Notes under the pieces: generated by a model
What the model was told of the DNA's origin: nothing
Database searches by the model: none
What the model saw: the letters and a program-made list of their open reading frames with translations, nothing else
Shown: positions 8,438 through 14,960 of the stretch, piece after piece
How the letters are laid out: the number at the start of each line of letters is the position of its first letter
Position numbering within the stretch: the stretch's first letter is position 1
Virus record (IMG/VR): IMGVR_UViG_3300029867_000012
Length of the DNA stretch: 46,841 nt
DNA from: a virus
Reading direction: 5' to 3' (one strand)
Program-made: the position numbers and the translations under genes

Positions 8438-9388
8438 TCAGTAAATTATTTTCAACTTTGGAATTTCATTTCTGGCCACTTTAGTGATTATCAATCTAGA
8501 ATGTTCCTCGCTTATCCCAATAGATTGAAGAGAAGCTAATATTTCGTTATTAATAATCCGTTGATTTTTTTTATCGGCTGCTTTTATTTCTGCCTTTTCT
8601 CGTTCGTCAGCCACTTTTTTTAGGCGTTCCGCTTCCTTCGCTTTGTGCTCTTTTTTTAGTCGTTCTTCTTGTTCTTCAAGGTCTTTAATTCTGCGCTCTT
8701 CCGCCAAAACCTTTTCCTGCTCCGCCTTCCACTGAGCTTTTTGCTTAGCTTCACGTTCTTGATTCAGTCGCTCTTCTGCATCAACCTTTGCCTGCCGTGC
8801 CTTACGCTGGGATTCCTCTTTAGCCTCCTCTGCCGCTTTTCTTAATAATATCTCCTCTCGTTCGCGCTGTTCTTTTTCAGCCTTGGCCGCCTCCTCTTCC
8901 TCAATGCGCTTTAACTCTGCTTGCCTTAGTTCTTCTTCTTTTAACTTAATCGCTTTTTGTCTATCAAATAAATCGTTTTCATCTATTGCGGATTCGTGCG
9001 CTTTGGCTTTTTCAGCCTCTAATTTGTCTTTTTCAACTTTGGCTTTTTCCACCGCTTCCCATTCAGTTAATGGATTTCTAACTTCATCCCTCAAGGCGTC
9101 AAGTCTATCTCTTATTTTCTTTCGGTCAGAGTCCACCGCCTTAGATTTTGCTTTCCATTCAGCCACTAAATCCTTTCCAAGCGCGTCTAATGCAGTCTTA
9201 GAACAGCTAACTTTATAGGCAAGAGAGGCTATTTCCTTCCTACCTTTTTTTGTTGTAACATCATGCACAATACTTCTAACTTCGCCCTCTAGCTCACTAA
9301 CAAGAATCTCTACCCCGTCTTTTTGAAACACATCTAAAGCGCTAGTTTGTTCTAGTGCTATCTCAAGACTAGATTTGTCTTCACTCAT
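8438..9388 (-). CDS. Coiled-coil protein, K/E/R/A-rich (DUF1351-like N-terminus?)
   Basis: 316 aa. A long EEAKxE-type charged helical middle region is flanked by a globular N-terminus and a short C-terminal domain. It sits in the recombination neighbourhood. Confidence 0.6.
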   Translation of the reverse strand: MSEDKSSLEIALEQTSALDVFQKDGVEILVSELEGEVRSIVHDVTTKKGRKEIASLAYKVSCSKTALDALGKDLVAEWKAKSKAVDSDRKKIRDRLDALRDEVRNPLTEWEAVEKAKVEKDKLEAEKAKAHESAIDENDLFDRQKAIKLKEEELRQAELKRIEEEEAAKAEKEQREREEILLRKAAEEAKEESQRKARQAKVDAEERLNQEREAKQKAQWKAEQEKVLAEERRIKDLEEQEERLKKEHKAKEAERLKKVADEREKAEIKAADKKNQRIINNEILASLQSIGISEEHSRLIITKVARNEIPKLKIIY

Positions 9389-9396
9389 TTTCGTAC

Positions 9397-9416
9397 CCTT
9401 TAATATGTTTGTTATT
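9397..9416 (-). promoter_or_regulatory. Conserved leader box (copy 3 of 6, variant)
   Basis: AATAACAAACATATTAAAGG immediately 5' of the 9388 start. Confidence 0.5.
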
Positions 9417-9443
9417 TATCTCCGCACTTCGTAGTAGTCGCAG

Positions 9444-9797
9444 TTAAAGGACGGTGAAATTATTAATAGCTTCTTGCCAGCTGTCGCCGAATGCATAATT
9501 ATCCGACTCTTGAAGGTCTATAAAATCGGCACCAACACAGCACCACATATTACCATCGGGCATACATTTGAATTCAACTTGTCGGCCTAGCTTTTCGCTG
9601 TAGATCTTGCTGTATATTTTCCCTTCTTTAATCATTTTATCCGCAATCTCCCACCCGTTATTTCTTTCCCCCCATCTAGAGCCAAACGGCATACCGTCCA
9701 TACATTCTCTATTTGTGCTGCCCTGAAGCCTTGAGTTAAACCCACCCCTGACTTCGCCGCTTGCAGTTTCTTTCAAGTAGTCCTGTGCTAATTTCAT
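9444..9797 (-). CDS. Hypothetical protein; C-terminal domain shared with 10845-11087
   Basis: 117 aa. 'DGNMWCCVGADFIDLQESDNYAFGDSWQEAINNF' aligns with 'DGDHWCVGIGIDLQQGLYAFDKTPAGAIALF'. Confidence 0.7.
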   Translation of the reverse strand: MKLAQDYLKETASGEVRGGFNSRLQGSTNRECMDGMPFGSRWGERNNGWEIADKMIKEGKIYSKIYSEKLGRQVEFKCMPDGNMWCCVGADFIDLQESDNYAFGDSWQEAINNFTVL

Positions 9798-9842
9798 AAA
9801 TCACCTTTATTTATAATCCACGTAGCAATCGGTCGCGCTACG

Positions 9843-9865
9843 CTTGCCGCTTATTACGGCGTTAT
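9843..9865 (-). other. Gene-end motif ATAACGCCGTAATAAGCGGCAAG (copy 1 of 3)
   Basis: Identical 23-mer to 11337-11359. Overlaps the TAA stop of 9862-10071. Confidence 0.65.
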
Positions 9866-10071
9866 GTGTATGAGTACCAGTTAGTCTTCATTATTTCTTC
9901 TTTGATCTTGATTTCTCGCTTACAAAACTTAGATGTATTCAGCATTCTTTCTCTCTCTTTTTCTGCTTCGTCTAGCGTGTTTGTTTCAGTATGTATAAAA
10001 TAATGATTAGCATCATTGCTGTAGCAAACCGCGTATCTTTTTTTCTCAAATGATTTTCCATACATAATCAC
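9862..10071 (-). CDS. Hypothetical protein
   Basis: 69 aa. The GTG start overlaps the upstream stop (GTGA); an alternative ATG lies 6 nt downstream. Confidence 0.6.
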   Translation of the reverse strand: MIMYGKSFEKKRYAVCYSNDANHYFIHTETNTLDEAEKERERMLNTSKFCKREIKIKEEIMKTNWYSYT

Positions 10072-10277
10072 GAAAACCCCTTAACCAGCTCAAAAACTTC
10101 ATTTAAACTACGGCAAACAGCCTCTTCTTTCAGTCCCTCAGCTTGATGCTCTGTGCTAGACCAAACCCTAAAAACTTTATTTGTCTCGTCGTAGTCAAAT
10201 ACCCAGCCATTCTCTGCCGAATTTTCCTGCCAAACCTGCGCACGTCCATTGTCAAAATCAAAATTAACAAAACTCAT
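10068..10277 (-). CDS. Hypothetical protein
   Basis: 69 aa with GGGAGGA SD upstream. Confidence 0.65.
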   Translation of the reverse strand: MSFVNFDFDNGRAQVWQENSAENGWVFDYDETNKVFRVWSSTEHQAEGLKEEAVCRSLNEVFELVKGFS

Positions 10278-10373
10278 AAATCCTCCCGTAATTCACACAT
10301 AACAAATTTAGCAATCGGACGGGTCAAGCCCGCGTGTTTCCTGCAATTCCTACCGCCGCCGTTTCTAAAGGGA

Positions 10374-10754
10374 TTAGCTGTATAAATCTCTGTGCAGCGT
10401 TTCTTCTTCATCTGTACAAAACGTACCCTCAAACTCTTGTGGCTCTCCGCAATCACCCTCAAGGTATACAGGGCAATCTAAACCACAGCCACCGTTTAAG
10501 CCCACAACATAACACCCACTCATTCCAACGGGGTAATGTCCATCAATTTGAGCCATTGCATTGCCCATGTTATTCACATCTTCCATTGTTTTAATGGGTT
10601 TACTTACAAAGCTTCCAGCTACTTGCGTTTCGCCAAATCCATCGTAAACTTTTTTACTAGCATCAATTAACTGGCCTTTATTAAAACCGTCTGGATGCTC
10701 AGTTTTTGCAATTTCAGCGGCCCTTTTTACTAATTCAGTATTGCTATTAAACAT
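10374..10754 (-). CDS. Hypothetical Cys-rich protein
   Basis: 126 aa. Contains a 'GGCGLDCPVYLEGDCGEP...FC' cluster. AAAGGA SD upstream. Confidence 0.65.
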   Translation of the reverse strand: MFNSNTELVKRAAEIAKTEHPDGFNKGQLIDASKKVYDGFGETQVAGSFVSKPIKTMEDVNNMGNAMAQIDGHYPVGMSGCYVVGLNGGCGLDCPVYLEGDCGEPQEFEGTFCTDEEETLHRDLYS

Positions 10755-10844
10755 AATAATATCCTTTAAAATAAACAGCTAACAAGCGCATCAACGTGGA
10801 ATTTCATTACGCTGCGCTCCATTCAATCCAGTTATGCACGGGCG

Positions 10845-11087
10845 TTACAACTTAATCTTGCTAAGAGCTTGGTTTGTGCCAGCGAATAATTCAGTCGGTT
10901 TGCAAGTCGCATAGTTTCTAAATTCCTCTTTGAATAATGCTATAGCTCCCGCTGGCGTTTTGTCAAAAGCGTAAAGCCCTTGCTGTAAATCAATGCCAAT
11001 CCCAACACACCAATGATCGCCATCCATCTTTAATTCGGCTTGTATTTTAAAACCGTCGTTTCCAAAATCTATCTCAATGTTGCTCAT
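10845..11087 (-). CDS. Hypothetical protein; domain shared with 9444-9797
   Basis: Start placed at the ATG 8 nt after AAAGG of the leader box. The alternative start is 11093. Confidence 0.6.
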   Translation of the reverse strand: MSNIEIDFGNDGFKIQAELKMDGDHWCVGIGIDLQQGLYAFDKTPAGAIALFKEEFRNYATCKPTELFAGTNQALSKIKL

Positions 11088-11095
11088 TTCCATGA

Positions 11096-11114
11096 CCTTT
11101 AATGTGTTGTTATT
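11096..11114 (-). promoter_or_regulatory. Conserved leader box (copy 4 of 6)
   Basis: Exact 19-mer. Confidence 0.6.
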
Positions 11115-11126
11115 TATAAACTACCA

Positions 11127-11141
11127 CGCTTATTACGGCGT
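11127..11141 (-). other. Gene-end motif core ACGCCGTAATAAGCG (copy 2 of 3)
   Basis: 15-nt core lying 2 nt after the TAA of 11143-11322. Confidence 0.55.
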
Positions 11142-11142
11142 A

Positions 11143-11322
11143 TTATTCTTTGCCGATAACTTCGATCCTATAATCGCTGCCAAGTTTTTTAACTGGTAGC
11201 TTACCGTTATCGGTCAAGCCTTCAGCCATTTTTAAAAGTAGCCTCAACTTTTCTTGAGGTAGCGCCACCACGCATGGCTGACTATCGAGCTCTACCATCA
11301 TGCTTATCAACCCAATTTTCAT
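11143..11322 (-). CDS. Hypothetical protein, 59 aa (below ORF-track cutoff)
   Basis: ATG preceded by GGAG. Fills an otherwise empty 260-bp gap, and its stop is followed by the gene-end motif as for two neighbouring genes. Confidence 0.5.
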   Translation of the reverse strand: MKIGLISMMVELDSQPCVVALPQEKLRLLLKMAEGLTDNGKLPVKKLGSDYRIEVIGKE

Positions 11323-11336
11323 ATTGCTCCGTTTAG

Positions 11337-11359
11337 CTTGCCGCTTATTACGGCGTTAT
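11337..11359 (-). other. Gene-end motif (copy 3 of 3)
   Basis: Identical 23-mer to 9843-9865. Overlaps the TAA of 11356-11553. Confidence 0.65.
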
Positions 11360-11553
11360 AACCCCCCAAAAGCCTCTGCATTATCTTCACCATAAGGAAG
11401 GGGGCAGCCATTTAATATAAACGGCTTAACGCCATTTCCGATGCTCAAAGTAACCCGCTGCGTACTGGTCAAAGCTTTCCACGGTTTGCACTGTCCTGAA
11501 AAAGGGCAGTTATCACAGCAGTCAACAACAATTATTTTCCGTTCTTTATACAT
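11356..11553 (-). CDS. Small Cys-rich protein
   Basis: 65 aa, 'VVDCCDNCPFSGQC...NGCP'. Confidence 0.6.
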   Translation of the reverse strand: MYKERKIIVVDCCDNCPFSGQCKPWKALTSTQRVTLSIGNGVKPFILNGCPLPYGEDNAEAFGGL

Positions 11554-11631
11554 GACTAAATCCTGTTAATATTTATAACAACCAATTCCAAGCGACAGCT
11601 AAAACTGATATTGAATAAAAAGATTATGTGT

Positions 11632-11850
11632 CTAGTTTGCTTGGTCGCCTTCTAGAATTCCAGCGCCGATAGCGCAATCGTGACAATACGGTTTGCCATC
11701 ATCATCGATAATATTATCTTCTTCGAAATTGCCTGTCGGCTCATCACATTTGCAGCAAATTTCAAGAGTTCCAGGGTAATTGTCAGCGTTCCAGTGCCTA
11801 TGCTCTTCTTGGGTCATTGCTTTGCGCTTCCCGTCTGGCCAAGTATTCAT
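11632..11850 (-). CDS. Small zinc-ribbon-like protein
   Basis: 72 aa, 'CCKC...(22)...CHDC'. The leader box lies directly upstream. Confidence 0.65.
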   Translation of the reverse strand: MNTWPDGKRKAMTQEEHRHWNADNYPGTLEICCKCDEPTGNFEEDNIIDDDGKPYCHDCAIGAGILEGDQAN

Positions 11851-11857
11851 TTCATCC

Positions 11858-11876
11858 CCTTTAATGTGTTTTTATA
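11858..11876 (-). promoter_or_regulatory. Conserved leader box (copy 5 of 6, variant)
   Basis: TATAAAAACACATTAAAGG. Overlaps the stop of the upstream gene. Confidence 0.5.
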
Positions 11877-12069
11877 TTTCTATTACAAAATCTTCAAAAT
11901 CGTAACAACTAACATAGGGCGAATTGTCAATCATACCAACAAGCCACCCACAATTTTCACAACTGTACTCTGTATATTGATCAGGGCGCAAGACGGTGGG
12001 GTGGTCGTAGATGTTAACCTTCTTACATCGACACTTAGGACACTTTCCTCTGTTCCTACCTTCATCCAT
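11872..12069 (-). CDS. Small zinc-ribbon protein
   Basis: 65 aa, 'CPKC...(29)...CENC'. Start placed 7 nt after AAAGGA of the leader box. Confidence 0.65.
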   Translation of the reverse strand: MDEGRNRGKCPKCRCKKVNIYDHPTVLRPDQYTEYSCENCGWLVGMIDNSPYVSCYDFEDFVIEI

Positions 12070-12077
12070 TTTCTTAT

Positions 12078-12096
12078 CCTTTAATGTGTTGTTATT
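12078..12096 (-). promoter_or_regulatory. Conserved leader box (copy 6 of 6)
   Basis: Exact 19-mer. Confidence 0.6.
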
Positions 12097-12102
12097 TACC
12101 AA

Positions 12103-12130
12103 ACCATATTGCTGGCGCTAACAATATGGT
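12103..12130 (-). other. Hairpin, near copy of 8410-8437
   Basis: ACCATATTGCT-GGCGCT-AACAATATGGT (one mismatch). It has the same position relative to a leader box as the first copy. Confidence 0.65.
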
Positions 12131-12384
12131 GGAGCCGTGCTCGTACGGGTCGGCAACCGTTTCAGTGCCACCGGGGCACCACCAGTGGTCTAGTTACGAG
12201 CTAACACTGAAATATTGGCTAACCGATCGTTCTGGACTCAACTATGTAAAGTGGTATAAATCCGAATAGAAACCAGCCGCACATTTCCACATGTTTTCCC
12301 GCGTGCCGGTTTCTGCTTTTCCTGTTAAACCATATTTTCTTAACAATCATTTCTTTAATCCCTGCATTTGTTTATAACATAATC

Positions 12385-12900
12385 TTAGAATGGGATATCG
12401 TCATCAAAAGCATCCCCAACATCAGGACCAGCAGGCTGATACCCTTGATTCTGTTGCGGCTGATACCCTTGATTCTGTTGCGGCTGCTGCTGGCTCTGCT
12501 GCTGGCTCTGTTGTTGCGGTTGGCTAGGCTGCTGTTCGGGCTGCTGGTTGTCGCCTTTACTGTCCAGCATTTCCATATCGCCGGCAATTATTTCTGTGCT
12601 ATACCGATCCTGTCCACTAGCTTTATCTTGCCATTTGTTGGTTACGAATTTACCGGAAATAAAAACTTTAGAACCCTTCTTTAAGAATTGTCCACAAATA
12701 TCCGCAAGCTTCCCAAAAGCAACAATATTTATCCAGTTCGTTACCTCAACTTTAGTCCCTGACTTGTCTTTGTAATCGTCTCCACACGCTATACTAAACT
12801 TGGCTACAGGAGACCCGCCCGCCGTATATCTAAGGTCTACATCCTGACCTAGGCGGCCTATAAATTTACAGTCATTAAGATTTTTCAATTTTTTCTCCAA
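12385..12900 (-). CDS. ssb: Single-stranded DNA-binding protein
   Basis: N-terminal OB-fold signature (NxxxxIGRLGxDxxLRYTxxGxxVAxFSIA), a Q/P/G-rich linker and the acidic C-terminal tip DDDIPF. Confidence 0.9.
   Translation of the reverse strand: MEKKLKNLNDCKFIGRLGQDVDLRYTAGGSPVAKFSIACGDDYKDKSGTKVEVTNWINIVAFGKLADICGQFLKKGSKVFISGKFVTNKWQDKASGQDRYSTEIIAGDMEMLDSKGDNQQPEQQPSQPQQQSQQQSQQQPQQNQGYQPQQNQGYQPAGPDVGDAFDDDIPF
12434..12508. repeat. Perfect in-frame tandem duplications in the ssb linker (24 nt x2, 12 nt x2)
   Basis: 12434-12457 equals 12458-12481, and 12485-12496 equals 12497-12508. Read directly. Confidence 0.9.
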
Positions 12901-13495
12901 GCTTTTCTAGAATTTCATTAAGATCATTTAAAAAATTATCGACTTCAATTTCTAATTCGCTGATGTATTTATCATCACGCTCGACCCTAGTCTTAAAATA
13001 AGACGAAGGGCCATTTATTCTAGGATCAAACGAAACAAAATCGCACCATTCCCGCTCCGCTACCCACATTTGCCCTTGAACCTGGGCTTTATACGTGGAG
13101 GGTAGATCGCCCTTTAGATATCGCTCAATTTGAGTTGTTGTTTTTGGACATTTAACTTCTAACATTCCAGCGCTGCCAACCAAGCCGTCTGGACTACACC
13201 CAACATCACTTATTCCGCGTATAAAAGTTACTTGCTCAACGTCTGCATTTTCCCTAAATTCGTAGCTTGATCTTGCTTGAGGTTCGCACTCGTTCCCCCA
13301 GTCCATTGCGGCGTTACTGTACGTCTCTACAGGCTGCCCTGTTAGCTGCTCAGCGGCTAATTGATACATATATGATAATCTGGTCTTACCTCCACCCTTT
13401 GCCATTACCTTAGAGAAATTAGAGGCCGTTACGATACCGCACCGGATAGCTAACCATTCTTCACTTCCTTGCTCTATCCCTCTAATTATTTCCAT
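12875..13495 (-). CDS. YqaJ-like viral recombinase exonuclease (lambda Exo-type PD-(D/E)XK)
   Basis: 'QGSEEWLAIRCGIVTASNFS' and 'SPDGLV...LEVKCP' are YqaJ-family signatures. Confidence 0.85.
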   Translation of the reverse strand: MEIIRGIEQGSEEWLAIRCGIVTASNFSKVMAKGGGKTRLSYMYQLAAEQLTGQPVETYSNAAMDWGNECEPQARSSYEFRENADVEQVTFIRGISDVGCSPDGLVGSAGMLEVKCPKTTTQIERYLKGDLPSTYKAQVQGQMWVAEREWCDFVSFDPRINGPSSYFKTRVERDDKYISELEIEVDNFLNDLNEILEKLGEKIEKS

Positions 13496-14087
13496 TTTTT
13501 AACTTCCCCATAACTTCGTTAAATTTAGATGCTGGAAGGTTTTTTAAACTGCCTATTTTGTAGGCGCCCAAAACCCGCCCGTGTAGATTATTCCATTTTA
13601 CTTCGCCGCTGATCTCTTCAGTCAGAAATGGTTCAATCTGGCTATATTGCTCTTGGCTAATAATATTTTGGGAGTCCATTTTATCAGCCCTACTTTCCTC
13701 ATCTTCGCCGGTTTCTAGCGCAAACCCTTTTGTTAGCATTATCTTAACCGCATAGGTCTGGGCCTTGCCTGGCGCTTTATCGCCTGCATCCATGCCTTGG
13801 CCAGATGCGGTTTGACTCATTCTTTCTTCTGGCTTATCGATGTTAATTAAATCTAATTTATATAACCCTTCAAAAAGATTTTGTTTTCCGCCTCCTAGCT
13901 CTGGGATATGAAAAAAACTAATCTGATTAACGACCATTACCACGCCGTGCTCAATCATTAACGGTCTAAGCATTGCTATAACGTCGTCATATCGAACGCC
14001 TTTACCCATTCCAGCGCCTTCTTTTTTAATGTATGAGCATTCTTTCATTATCGCGTTAACGCGCTGATAAATATTTTTTTCAGACAT
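13482..14087 (-). CDS. erf: ERF-family single-strand annealing protein
   Basis: 'NIYQRVNAIMKE...VRYDDVIAMLRPLMIEHGVVM' resembles the ERF N-domain, and it is adjacent to exo and ssb. Start set at the ATG 8 nt after AAGGA; the track start is 14132. Confidence 0.7.
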   Translation of the reverse strand: MSEKNIYQRVNAIMKECSYIKKEGAGMGKGVRYDDVIAMLRPLMIEHGVVMVVNQISFFHIPELGGGKQNLFEGLYKLDLINIDKPEERMSQTASGQGMDAGDKAPGKAQTYAVKIMLTKGFALETGEDEESRADKMDSQNIISQEQYSQIEPFLTEEISGEVKWNNLHGRVLGAYKIGSLKNLPASKFNEVMGKLKNGNN

Positions 14088-14209
14088 AGCTAAAATCCTT
14101 ATTTTCTCTCTCACATCCACAACCATAGCCATAAATAAAATTTAACGATCTAACCCCACAATCAATCCCATTTATAGCGGCGAAATAACCACCTAACCAC
14201 TCTATAAAT

Positions 14210-14596
14210 TCACACATAGATAACGCTCCTATAATTATTATCATCACGTAGCCGACTGGTAAAAAAATCAGTGATTTTAGGTTTTAGAATTTCCTGATTT
14301 TGGGATACGAAAAGACTAAACGCGCCCACTGATATCGATTCTTTTTCGCGCTTATCCAGCTCTAATTCCATAATTTTGTCTGCAAACTCAATAATCATGT
14401 CTTTATTTTCGCACCCAATTATAGCCTCTGCGTCACTAAGAACAGCGCTAACAAATGGGCAATCATGATGCTCCATATCGTCTAGCTTGAGACACACTGC
14501 GTCTAATCCCTCGCCTCTATGCCACTCACACGAGCTACATTCTGCTCGATTGGCAAACGCTGCGTCGTGTATGTCGTAAAGGTCTATGTATTTCAT
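14210..14596 (-). CDS. Hypothetical protein, first gene of early - block
   Basis: Start set at 14596 (MKYIDLY). The track start at 14659 lies upstream of the predicted promoter -10. Confidence 0.55.
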   Translation of the reverse strand: MKYIDLYDIHDAAFANRAECSSCEWHRGEGLDAVCLKLDDMEHHDCPFVSAVLSDAEAIIGCENKDMIIEFADKIMELELDKREKESISVGAFSLFVSQNQEILKPKITDFFTSRLRDDNNYRSVIYV

Positions 14597-14627
14597 TTGT
14601 CTTCTCGTTAATTGATTCGATGGATCT

Positions 14628-14711
14628 AATTTAGCAATAGTTAACATGACTGTCAACATATATTTACAAGAAAGTATAATAGTTGACTTATACTAACTCG
14701 TGTATTATTGT
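14628..14711. promoter_or_regulatory. Back-to-back divergent sigma70-like promoters
   Basis: On the - strand: TTGACA (14651-56), 17 nt, TAAATT (14628-33). On the + strand: TTGACT (14683-88), 17 nt, TATTGT (14706-11). A third GTTGAC lies at 14731-38. Confidence 0.5.
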
Positions 14712-14742
14712 CTAATCTCAAAATCAATAAAGAGTCAACATA

Positions 14743-14946
14743 ATGAGTGAAGAAAGAGCGTTTTTGACGGCAAAGCAGGCTGCAATTTACCTGGGTTACT
14801 CTCCAGGGACACTAAGAATAGGCAGGTCTACTGGAGTTCTTGCAGGTAGAGACGCACCAAAGTACTCAAAGCTAGGCAAGAGCAAAACATCACCAGTGCG
14901 ATACGAAAAAGAAGCGCTTGACAGGTGGATAAAGGAAGCTGAATAG
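14743..14946 (+). CDS. Small helix-turn-helix DNA-binding protein (AlpA/excisionase-type HTH)
   Basis: 67 aa. 'LTAKQAAIYLGYSPGTLRIGRSTG' has an HTH pattern. First gene of the + early block. No integrase is present in the genome. Confidence 0.55.
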   Translation: MSEERAFLTAKQAAIYLGYSPGTLRIGRSTGVLAGRDAPKYSKLGKSKTSPVRYEKEALDRWIKEAE

Positions 14947-14960
14947 CTAAAGGGGAAATC

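Noticed and set aside
10143-10594. ORFs 10143-10385(+), 10274-10462(-) and 10334-10594(+)
   Set aside because: They span an intergenic motif region or lie antisense to the Cys-rich gene 10374-10754. No SD is present and their composition is odd.
11680-12269. + strand ORFs 11680-12084 and 12084-12269
   Set aside because: The first is antisense to two zinc-ribbon genes with leader boxes. The second lies in the structured gap and has no SD.
12372-12775. ORFs 12372-12587(-), 12445-12684(+) and 12548-12775(+)
   Set aside because: They lie inside ssb and are low-complexity alternative frames of the Q/P-rich linker.
14743-14946. Excisionase, implying a temperate integration module
   Set aside because: No integrase or attP-like repeat is present in the whole circular genome. 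It is treated as a small HTH regulator.
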